A DNA stretch of 64,000 bases from an uncultured Lachnoclostridium sp. (lineage in GTDB: Bacteria > Bacillota > Clostridia > Lachnospirales > Lachnospiraceae), in NCBI GenBank assembly GCA_944376715.1, contig CALWDO010000010.1, forward strand, positions 34 through 64,033, in the 5' to 3' direction. The position numbers and the translations under genes were made by a program. Positions 1 to 7,534 of the stretch are shown here, piece after piece. The notes under the pieces are model-generated. The model had not been told where the DNA came from, searched no databases, and saw nothing but the letters and a program-made list of their open reading frames with translations. The number at the start of each line of letters is the position of its first letter. Positions within the stretch are counted from its first letter, which is position 1.

Positions 1-32
1 GGAGAAGACAACGGAGCATGAGGGTCTTCTCC
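1..32. terminator. Inverted repeat, probable terminator for the histidine kinase gene
   Basis: GGAGAAGAC (1-9) / GTCTTCTCC (24-32), just beyond the kinase stop at 56. Confidence 0.5.
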
Positions 33-55
33 CTTATAAAAACCATCTGGGATCA

Positions 56-805
56 TTATATACAAATATGAGATACTGGCAATAATGGTAGATGGACTTG
101 GAATTCTGTTCCTTTGCCCACAGTGGACCGCAGATGGATGGTGCCGTGGTGGGCGGAGACGATCCGCTGCACGATGGCAAGTCCCATTCCGGTGCCGTTT
201 TCTTTGTGGGTAACGAACGGGCGGAAGATTTCTTCCTGCTGTTCGGGCGGAATTCCGCATCCGTTGTCTTTCACGGCGATCATAAGCCGTTTGTCGTGCG
301 TGAACACCTTAAGGGTGATGCGGCCGCGTTCGGTGATGGATTCCATGGCGTTTTTGATCAGATTAATAAACGCCTGTTTCAGACGGACGGGATCTCCGTA
401 AAAATCCGGGTAGGCATCGTCCAGCTTGATCAAAAGCGGAATGTGCTGCCGGATCAGTTCCGGCAATAAAGTATCCTTCAGATCGTATGCGAATTCTTTC
501 GGATCGATCTTGCTGAAATTAAGCTGATCCCCGTTATTAAAGGCAGATATGTCGTCCAACAGAGTACGCATATACTGGAGATCGTTTTTCATCTGACTCC
601 AGAACTCGAAACTTTCGACTTCCGGATGCATTTTCTGAATCCATTGCATGGAACTGTTCACGTAGGTAAGAGGATTCCGGATCTCATGTGAGATCTGGGA
701 AAGAGTAAGATGATAATCATTCTTGATGGCAGTTACTAATTCTTGAAATGTCTGGTCTTTTGCCATCAGCCGCTCTATCTTTTCCTGTTCGTCATAAGTT
801 AGCAT
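56..805 (-). CDS. Orphan cytoplasmic histidine kinase (HisKA + HATPase_c), no sensor or TM domain
   Basis: H-box SHEIRNPLT, N-box QAFINLIKNAMES, G1 DNGCGI, F-box IFRPF, G2 GTGMGL; start moved to ATG 805 (MLTYDEQ) behind a GGGAG RBS. Confidence 0.9.
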   Translation of the reverse strand: MLTYDEQEKIERLMAKDQTFQELVTAIKNDYHLTLSQISHEIRNPLTYVNSSMQWIQKMHPEVESFEFWSQMKNDLQYMRTLLDDISAFNNGDQLNFSKIDPKEFAYDLKDTLLPELIRQHIPLLIKLDDAYPDFYGDPVRLKQAFINLIKNAMESITERGRITLKVFTHDKRLMIAVKDNGCGIPPEQQEEIFRPFVTHKENGTGMGLAIVQRIVSAHHGTIHLRSTVGKGTEFQVHLPLLPVSHICI

Positions 806-863
806 ATGATCACTCCCTGATTGACAATATAACAGAAATGTCAAAAATTGGCAAATAAATTCG

Positions 864-880
864 TTCGACAAAATTCGACA
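864..880 (-). promoter_or_regulatory. Two tandem perfect Spo0A (0A) boxes
   Basis: TTCGACA at 864-870 and 874-880 = TGTCGAA on the minus strand (consensus TGNCGAA). Confidence 0.7.
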
Positions 881-947
881 AAATCCAATAAAATTGTATA
901 ATAAGAAACTCAAAAGTGTCAGAAGAAAAGAAAAGGAGGAGATTGAC

Positions 948-1361
948 ATGAAAGATCAAAATTGTATTTTCTGCAAAATCGCTAATGGAGAGATTCCGTC
1001 CACTACTTTATATGAAGATGAGGATTTTCGTGTAATACTGGATATGGGTCCTGCCACCCGGGGACATGCGCTGCTGCTTCCTAAAGAGCATTATGCCAAT
1101 CTGTTCGAGCTGGACGACAAGCTGGCGGCGAAAGCGCTGGTGACCGCGAAAAAGGTAGCGGCCAGAATGAAAGACGCACTGGGAGCGGACGGCTTTAATC
1201 TGGTGCAGAACAACGGCGAAGCGGCCGGACAGACGGTATTTCATTTCCATATGCATCTGATTCCGCGTTATGAGAATGACGGCGCCGGCATCAGCTGGAC
1301 GCCGGGCAGCGCGACTCCGGAAGAGATGGCGGAAGTGAAGCGGCTTGTGGACGAAAAATGA
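948..1361 (+). CDS. HIT family nucleotide hydrolase (Hint/HinT-like)
   Basis: N-terminal CIFCKI, GQTVFHFHMHLIPR histidine triad; AGGAGG RBS before ATG 948. Confidence 0.95.
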   Translation: MKDQNCIFCKIANGEIPSTTLYEDEDFRVILDMGPATRGHALLLPKEHYANLFELDDKLAAKALVTAKKVAARMKDALGADGFNLVQNNGEAAGQTVFHFHMHLIPRYENDGAGISWTPGSATPEEMAEVKRLVDEK

Positions 1362-1906
1362 GCCGGAGGGAAGAACCCCGCAGAGAAGATCAGGATCAGC
1401 GTCTGGAAGAATATTTTATGAAATACCATACGATGGTGATCCGCAATGTGTATCAGCGGATGAAGGATTATTATGCAGCCGAAGATATCTGTCAGGAGAC
1501 CTTCATACGGTTGGCCAATCATCTGGACGAAGTACCTCCGGAGAAGGTGAAGGCATGGTTGATCTGTGTATCTGACAACCTGGCACTGGATATTCTGAGG
1601 AAACACAAAAGCAAAGAGGCGGCGCTGGAGCGTATGCAGGACGAGGTCAGGAGAAAACAGGGAACAGAGCCGGATAACGTGGTGGAACGGCTGGAAGAAT
1701 TCAGGGAAACCGGCATGGCTCTGAAGGAACTAAAGGATATCCGGCCCAACTGGTATGAAGTGATCAGGATGAGCTGTCTCGAAGATATGGATACCCGCGC
1801 CATCGGAAAGGCATTGGGTGTGCGGCCTATGCTGGTCAGCAAATGGAAAGAGAGGGGGCGGCGCTGGCTTCGGGACGCGTACAGGAAGAAAAAAGAGGAC
1901 GGATAA
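1358..1906 (+). CDS. ECF-type sigma-70 factor (copy 1)
   Basis: Region 2 AEDICQETFIRL...KAWL...NLALDILRK and region 4 HTH; ATGA overlap with hit. Confidence 0.88.
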   Translation: MSRREEPRREDQDQRLEEYFMKYHTMVIRNVYQRMKDYYAAEDICQETFIRLANHLDEVPPEKVKAWLICVSDNLALDILRKHKSKEAALERMQDEVRRKQGTEPDNVVERLEEFRETGMALKELKDIRPNWYEVIRMSCLEDMDTRAIGKALGVRPMLVSKWKERGRRWLRDAYRKKKEDG

Positions 1907-1909
1907 AAA

Positions 1910-2452
1910 ATGCGGCATGTAAGAGATGAAAAACATGCGAAGAAGATGCAGGAAATATATCAGCAATACCGTACAGCGGTAGTCCGGCATGCGTATTCTA
2001 TGCTGCAAAACCGTGCGACAGCGGAGGATATCTGCCAGGAAACATTTCTGCGCCTGGACAGAGACCTGCATAAGATACCGCCGGAAAAAGTGAAATCCTG
2101 GCTGTTCAGCGTATCCGGCAGACTGGTCCTGGACTATCTGCGGAAAATGGGAAGAGTGGAGGTCTCTGCCGAAACGGTTGAAGAAAAGAGACAGACCTGC
2201 CAGGATGACCGGATGGAACCGGAACGGGTTCTGGAGCGGATGGAGCAGGCGGGCACTTATAAAAGGGCTCTGGAATATCTGAGAGAAGAGAAACCCCTCT
2301 GGTATCAGGTGGTTTGTATGGCTTACCTGGAAGAGAAAAGCAACCGGGAAATCGCAGAAGAGCTGGGAATCAGCTCCAATCTGGTCAGCCAGTGGAAGCG
2401 CAGGGCCTCCGCCTGGCTGAGAAAGGTATATGAAGAAAGGGAAAATGTATAG
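1910..2452 (+). CDS. ECF-type sigma-70 factor (copy 2, paralog of 1358-1906)
   Basis: AEDICQETFLRL...PPEKVKSWL...LDYLRK; region 4 SNREIAEELGIS. Confidence 0.9.
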   Translation: MRHVRDEKHAKKMQEIYQQYRTAVVRHAYSMLQNRATAEDICQETFLRLDRDLHKIPPEKVKSWLFSVSGRLVLDYLRKMGRVEVSAETVEEKRQTCQDDRMEPERVLERMEQAGTYKRALEYLREEKPLWYQVVCMAYLEEKSNREIAEELGISSNLVSQWKRRASAWLRKVYEERENV

Positions 2453-2454
2453 CG

Positions 2455-3519
2455 TCAGCTGCAGACTTCTTCAAGGACGCCCATGATCGTGTCAATGGCG
2501 TCAGACTGCGGGCACTCTTCCATGGCTTTCAGATAATCCTGACGGTGTTCCGAAAGGTGTTCGAGGGCAGAGAGAAGGCTTTCCTCTGTCAGTTCATCCT
2601 CTTCCAGGACCATGGAAAATCCCTGGCGCTCGAAAGAACGGGCATTCAGGATCTGGTCTCCGCGGCTGGCCTTGGCAGGAAGAGGGATCAGAAGTGCAGG
2701 TTTGCGCAGCGCCAGCAGTTCACAGATGGCGTTGGCTCCGGCCCGGGAGATCACCAGGTCGCACAGGGCGAACAGATCGGCCAGCTCTTTCTGAATATAT
2801 TCATATTGAACATAACCGGGGATATTGGTTAAGGATTCGTCTAACTTGCCCTTGCCGCACAGATGGACGATCTGCCAGTGCTCCAGGAGCTTTGGAAGGG
2901 CTTCCCTGACAGCATGATTGACGGCGGCAGCGCCGAGACTTCCGCCCATAACCATCAGTACAGGCTTGTCCGGCGTAAAACCGGTCATGTTGAGGGCGCG
3001 GATACGGTTTCCTTCCCGCAGCTCCTGACGGATCGGGCATCCGGTCAGTACCGCCTTCCCTTCGGGGAGATACTGCAGGGTTTCCGGGAAATTGCAGCAG
3101 ACCTTTGTGGCGGAAGGAAGACTCAGCTTATTGGCCAGGCCGGGCGTCAGGTCGGATTCGTGGCAGACTACCGGGATATGGAGCCGGGAAGCGGCTACTA
3201 CCACGGGGACGGCCACAAATCCGCCTTTGGAAAAGACCACATCCGGTTTTAATTCCTTCAGGAGTTTGGTAGCCTGACGGAAGCCTTTTAATACCCGGAA
3301 CGGATCCGTGAAGTTCTTCAGGTCGAAGTAACGGCGGAGCTTTCCGGAAGAAATACCATAGTAAGGAATGTCCTGGGACTGGATCAGCTTCTTCTCGATC
3401 CCGTCCATGGAACCAATGTAAAAGATCTCATAATCTGCGTCACGCAGACGGGGAAGCAGAGCGATATTGGGCGTTACATGCCCTGCGGTGCCCCCGCCTG
3501 TCAGTACGATTCGTTTCAT
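2455..3519 (-). CDS. murG: Undecaprenyl-PP-MurNAc-pentapeptide N-acetylglucosamine transferase
   Basis: TGGGTAGHVTP, SKGGFV, HESD, GGSLGA, SRAGAN, GDQILNA motifs; alternative start 3525. Confidence 0.96.
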   Translation of the reverse strand: MKRIVLTGGGTAGHVTPNIALLPRLRDADYEIFYIGSMDGIEKKLIQSQDIPYYGISSGKLRRYFDLKNFTDPFRVLKGFRQATKLLKELKPDVVFSKGGFVAVPVVVAASRLHIPVVCHESDLTPGLANKLSLPSATKVCCNFPETLQYLPEGKAVLTGCPIRQELREGNRIRALNMTGFTPDKPVLMVMGGSLGAAAVNHAVREALPKLLEHWQIVHLCGKGKLDESLTNIPGYVQYEYIQKELADLFALCDLVISRAGANAICELLALRKPALLIPLPAKASRGDQILNARSFERQGFSMVLEEDELTEESLLSALEHLSEHRQDYLKAMEECPQSDAIDTIMGVLEEVCS

Positions 3520-3553
3520 AATCATGCCCTCCTGGCAAATGCTTTCTACTCAG

Positions 3554-3582
3554 ATTATGATATAGGAAAAGGGAAAAGTCAA
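3554..3582 (-). promoter_or_regulatory. sigmaA-type promoter of murG
   Basis: TTGACT-17 nt-CATAAT on the minus strand. Confidence 0.6.
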
Positions 3583-3616
3583 CGGTAACAATGCAGCAGA
3601 TGAAGTGGAGAAAAAC

Positions 3617-4378
3617 ATGAAACGCGACAAAGACGACTGGCTGGACCAGAAAATCACAGAAGAACTTATCGCCATGGCGGACGAGAGGGAAAAAGAGTTG
3701 ATGGAGATGGAAGAACTCCAGGACATCGATATGCCCATCGAAAAATTCGAGGACATCAAGAGGGAGGCAGAACGCCGCAGGCGGAAAAGCCGCCGCGGGA
3801 TCCTGCGCCCCCGTACAGCGATCATCGCAGCAGCGTTGCTGGCTCTTCTGCTGGGAGTTGGTGTGGTGACTGTGGGAAGCAGGGAGTATAAGCCGGAGAT
3901 TATAGAACGAGAGCAGGGGACTGAGACGACAACGAAGATAAATAATACGGAGGATGCAGTTGCCAGCGCGTATGATGAGGAAGAGGTGTGTCAGGAGATT
4001 GAGGAGAAGTTGGGGGTTATTGCGCCGAGGCTTGGGTATCAGCCAGGAGGTATGACTTTATATGAATATTGGATCGATGTGGAAGCGGGAGAAGCGGTTG
4101 TAAAATATAGGAAGGAAAGCAATGAACTAAAAATTTATATTAATAAAAACTATTATGATACTAGTGCGAATTTTGAGATGGATGGTGTTGAAATTGAATC
4201 AGTCGAGATAGTGGCAAATGGTTTGCTTGTATCAGTATATGAATATATGGATTCAAAAGGGGAACAGTATTACCAGAGTGAGTTTGAAATATATAATACA
4301 TATTATTCAATTATGGGAATGATAGAAAAAAATGAATATAATAAAATACTTGAAAATATTGCATTAAATAATGTGTAA
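3617..4378 (+). CDS. Single-pass membrane protein, putative anti-sigma factor (DUF4367-like extracellular domain)
   Basis: Acidic cytoplasmic N-terminus, basic stretch RRRRKSRR, TM helix AIIAAALLALLLGVGVVTVG, extracellular domain with P-x-LGY-x-P-x-G and C-terminal I-x-G-x-I-xx-E-xx-KI-x-E-N-I. Confidence 0.65.
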   Translation: MKRDKDDWLDQKITEELIAMADEREKELMEMEELQDIDMPIEKFEDIKREAERRRRKSRRGILRPRTAIIAAALLALLLGVGVVTVGSREYKPEIIEREQGTETTTKINNTEDAVASAYDEEEVCQEIEEKLGVIAPRLGYQPGGMTLYEYWIDVEAGEAVVKYRKESNELKIYINKNYYDTSANFEMDGVEIESVEIVANGLLVSVYEYMDSKGEQYYQSEFEIYNTYYSIMGMIEKNEYNKILENIALNNV

Positions 4379-4456
4379 ATTTGTCAAATTGAAAAGTTAA
4401 AAACGTTATAAAGATGTAAGCGCTTATTAAAAAATTTGAAAGAAAGGAGGAATGAC

Positions 4457-4942
4457 ATGCGTTGGAAAAATGTTGGAGCAATAATTGCAATAGGAGTATC
4501 ATTATTTGGTTCTTGCTTAAGTGCTTCGGCTGAAGAAATAGAACCGGCAGGATATCATGTATATGATGTTCAAGAGGATCAGGCTTCAGATAATTGGTAT
4601 GGAATTTCCCGTGGGGATTACTTACAGGCAGCTGTATCGAAAATATCAAAAGGAAGTGTGGCAAAATATGCTTCTTGTTCTGGAACTACATTTGCCCATC
4701 GAGCATGTGACCGCGTTTTTGTCAGGATTTATCTTGATCAAAGCGATAATGGTACGAGTGGTTGGGGGACGGTGAATTACTGGACAGGAGAAAATTATAA
4801 TAATTCTACAGCACATGTTTCTACAGCAGATTATCAAATTACACGGGACAAATACTATCGAGTGAAAGGATCTCATTCTGTCACAGAAGGAGAAATAACA
4901 GAAGTAACCACCACATGTACAGATGCTCTGTATTTTGATTAA
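4457..4942 (+). CDS. Secreted beta-rich protein (DUF6147-like)
   Basis: AAGGAGG RBS, Sec signal ending ASA-EE, YYRVKGSHSV and TDALYFD C-terminus; AT-rich. Confidence 0.65.
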   Translation: MRWKNVGAIIAIGVSLFGSCLSASAEEIEPAGYHVYDVQEDQASDNWYGISRGDYLQAAVSKISKGSVAKYASCSGTTFAHRACDRVFVRIYLDQSDNGTSGWGTVNYWTGENYNNSTAHVSTADYQITRDKYYRVKGSHSVTEGEITEVTTTCTDALYFD

Positions 4943-4963
4943 CTGTCAAATAAGTAGTTTAAA

Positions 4964-5003
4964 TTTTCCTGATCTATTTGTATACTCTAGAGTATCAGGA
5001 AAA
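4964..5003. terminator. Inverted repeat after the secreted-protein gene
   Basis: TTTTCCTGAT / ATCAGGAAAA. Confidence 0.4.
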
Positions 5004-5250
5004 ATCAGTTGACGAAACACCCAGCAACCGTGTCAGCGCAAGGCAGGGTTGGCTGAAAACTACATAAAGTTATTACAACTGAATATGGATTTTATTTTGT
5101 GATCCGGCCGGATCCAGACAATATCTGCATAAGCAGAAAAAACAAAAGAAAAAACCAGACTGTTATACAAAACAGCAGTTATACAAAAGCTGGAGTTTTG
5201 AATTATTCTTCAGAATTTATTTAGTCATTCACAAAAGCAAGAGGAAACAG

Positions 5251-5284
5251 CTGTCCCGCGCCATCGGCGCGGGACAGTCCTTTT
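5251..5284. terminator. GC-rich intrinsic terminator hairpin
   Basis: CTGTCCCGCGCC-ATC-GGCGCGGGACAG followed by a T-run. Confidence 0.75.
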
Positions 5285-5302
5285 ATACAGATTTTATTAA
5301 AA

Positions 5303-5857
5303 TCATAGTTCTCTCAAAGTCTTAATATGATGAATCCCATACAGGAGCAGAGAAACTGCAAGCATGATAGCACTGATGCCGATCAGGACATCGGACACAA
5401 TTATAGGAATGTGAACCCAGAAAACATGCGCGAACATGGTAATATAGAGAAGAAAAGTCGCTGCTTTGCCATGCCAGTCCGCACCGAACACCGCTTTCGT
5501 TTTGCGGATAACCAAAAGTCCGGAGATGCTCATGAACAATTCTTTAAAGATCATGATCACAACCAGAATGAGCATAAGCGGATAACGGGTAACAAGGCAG
5601 ATTAGCATAGATATCTGTGTCAATTTATCCGCAACCGGGTCAAGGATTTTACCCAGATTGCTGACCATATGAAAGCGCCTGGCGATAAAACCGTCCGAGA
5701 TATCCGTAATGCCGGAGATCAGAAGCATCAGTCCGGTATAAAAATATTTTCCCTCAAGATACAGCCAGATGAACAGGGGAATCAGTAAAAGCCGGAATGC
5801 AGAAAGCAGATTGGGTATGGTTAAGATTCGGTTTTCAGGCTGTATATTGTTCTTCAT
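5303..5857 (-). CDS. CDP-alcohol phosphatidyltransferase (PgsA-like)
   Basis: TIPNLLS, DxxDGxxAR...GKILDPVADK signature; AAAGGA RBS before ATG 5857. Confidence 0.92.
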   Translation of the reverse strand: MKNNIQPENRILTIPNLLSAFRLLLIPLFIWLYLEGKYFYTGLMLLISGITDISDGFIARRFHMVSNLGKILDPVADKLTQISMLICLVTRYPLMLILVVIMIFKELFMSISGLLVIRKTKAVFGADWHGKAATFLLYITMFAHVFWVHIPIIVSDVLIGISAIMLAVSLLLYGIHHIKTLREL

Positions 5858-6070
5858 GATGATATGATCCTTTCTCTGATGAAGTGTATACTGCATTTGC
5901 CTTCATTCTAGTACCAAATAGGAAGGATGTCAATTTGCGAACGAAGAGAAAAGTTATGACCGGGCCTTGAAATTCAGCCAGGCTTATGGTATGTTCCAGA
6001 TACAGATCGGACAGGAAGTGTTCTGCTTCCTGTATTTCCATTAAGAATAATTACATAGGGGGGAATTTGC

Positions 6071-7093
6071 ATGGGAAAAGACAACGTGATTATAAACCGT
6101 TGGCTTTCACAGAAGGATCGGTTTGCGGATCTGATGAACGGCTGTCTGTTTCAGGGGCAGCAGATCATACAGCCTGAACAGCTGGAAAAAATTGACCGGG
6201 AGACGGATCTTTTTATTCCGGAAAAATCTGGTACACAGATGATTCCGGGAAAAGGGGTACAGCGCTACCGAGATGTGGCGATGCGTTGGGAAGACAAAGC
6301 AGAGCTGGCAATTTTGGCACTGGAAAATCAGGAACGGGTACATTATGCCATGCCGGTGAGGACGATGATTTATGACGGAATGTCTTACGCGGAGCAGATC
6401 GAAGAAAGCTGGGAAGACCGTAAAGATACCGGGGGTAGAGCGAGCCGGGACGAATTTCTCTCACATTTCCGGAAAACAGACAGGCTTTATCCGGTGATCA
6501 CACTGGTATTTTATTATGGTTCCAGACCATGGGACGGGAGCAGGGATCTTCATGGAATGATTTTTCCGGAAGGTGCAGGATATGAAAAAGAGAACCTCCG
6601 GAAATACATACCAAATTACAGGATAAATCTTGTGGACGCGGAGCGGCTTCAGGATATAAACGTGTTTCAAACAGATTTACAATATGTATTAAACATGATA
6701 AAATACAGGCAAAAGAAAGAGAAAATCCTGGAATATGTGGAAGCGAACAGATCGTATTTTCAGAGGCTGAACATAGATACTTATCAGGCATTGAGCGTAT
6801 TTTTAAACTCGGAGAAATGGCTGGAAGGGATAAGTATACCAGAGGGGAAAGGAGAGGTGGATATGTGTAAGGCGCTGGAAGAAATTTATGAGGATGGAAA
6901 AGCAGATGGAAAAGAGGAAGGACTAAAAGAAGGTAAAAAAGAAGGAAAAATTGAAGTGTTAAAAGAAAAAATTTCCAAAAAACTTCAAAAAGGAAAATCA
7001 CTGGAGACTATTGCCGAGGAACTGGAGGAGAGTGTGGAGACAATCAGCCGATTGGAGAGGGAATTATTAGAGTCAGATTCAACCGAAAAATAG
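6071..7093 (+). CDS. Rpn-family recombination-promoting nuclease / PD-(D/E)XK putative transposase, intact copy
   Basis: RFADLMNG, RYRDV...ENQ...HYAMPVR-x-M-x-YD catalytic-type motifs, PVITLVFYYG, C-terminal GxxE repeats and HTH-like tail. Confidence 0.85.
   Translation: MGKDNVIINRWLSQKDRFADLMNGCLFQGQQIIQPEQLEKIDRETDLFIPEKSGTQMIPGKGVQRYRDVAMRWEDKAELAILALENQERVHYAMPVRTMIYDGMSYAEQIEESWEDRKDTGGRASRDEFLSHFRKTDRLYPVITLVFYYGSRPWDGSRDLHGMIFPEGAGYEKENLRKYIPNYRINLVDAERLQDINVFQTDLQYVLNMIKYRQKKEKILEYVEANRSYFQRLNIDTYQALSVFLNSEKWLEGISIPEGKGEVDMCKALEEIYEDGKADGKEEGLKEGKKEGKIEVLKEKISKKLQKGKSLETIAEELEESVETISRLERELLESDSTEK
6863..7093 (+). CDS. Putative intragenic small protein (RpnS-like, 76 aa), in frame within the Rpn gene
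   Basis: AAAGGAG at 6848-6854, 8 nt before an in-frame ATG (MCKALEE). Confidence 0.6.
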   Translation: MCKALEEIYEDGKADGKEEGLKEGKKEGKIEVLKEKISKKLQKGKSLETIAEELEESVETISRLERELLESDSTEK

Positions 7094-7218
7094 ACTGTTA
7101 TTGCTATATACGACATGGCAACAACATGTATGAATAGTCATCATGTATTAAGTGTGTTTTGGGGTTATAGAAATGGTCGTAGAAGATATGTGTACCGAAA
7201 GGGGATGTTGAGATGGAT

Positions 7219-7437
7219 ATGTGTAAGGCGCTGGAAGATATTTATGAAGACGGAAAAGCAGATGGAAAAGAGGAAGGACTAAAAGAAGGTAAAATTGAAG
7301 TGTTAAAAGAAAAAATTTTCAAAAAACTTCAAAAAGGGAAGTCGCTGGAAACTATTGCCGAAGAGTTGGAGGAGAATGTAGAGACGATCGGTCAGCTGGC
7401 GAAAGAGTTGCAAGTACTGGATCTGGTGGAAAAGTAA
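7219..7437 (+). CDS. Stand-alone RpnS-like small protein (72 aa; alternative start 7213)
   Basis: Near-identical to the Rpn C-terminus (MCKALEDIYEDGKADGKEE...); AAAGGGG RBS; preceded by decayed Rpn coding sequence. Confidence 0.7.
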   Translation: MCKALEDIYEDGKADGKEEGLKEGKIEVLKEKIFKKLQKGKSLETIAEELEENVETIGQLAKELQVLDLVEK

Positions 7438-7534
7438 GTTCTGTCGCTAATTTATTTTATATTTCTCACATCAACGAACAGGAAGCATTCTGCTTCCTGC
7501 ATTCCATTTAAACAATTACATAGGGGGGATTTGT

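Noticed and set aside
806-949. Hydrophobic N-terminal extension of the kinase ORF (start 949) as a membrane sensor
   Set aside because: It spans the divergent promoter region and hit RBS; a good RBS precedes ATG 805, so the extension is probably not translated
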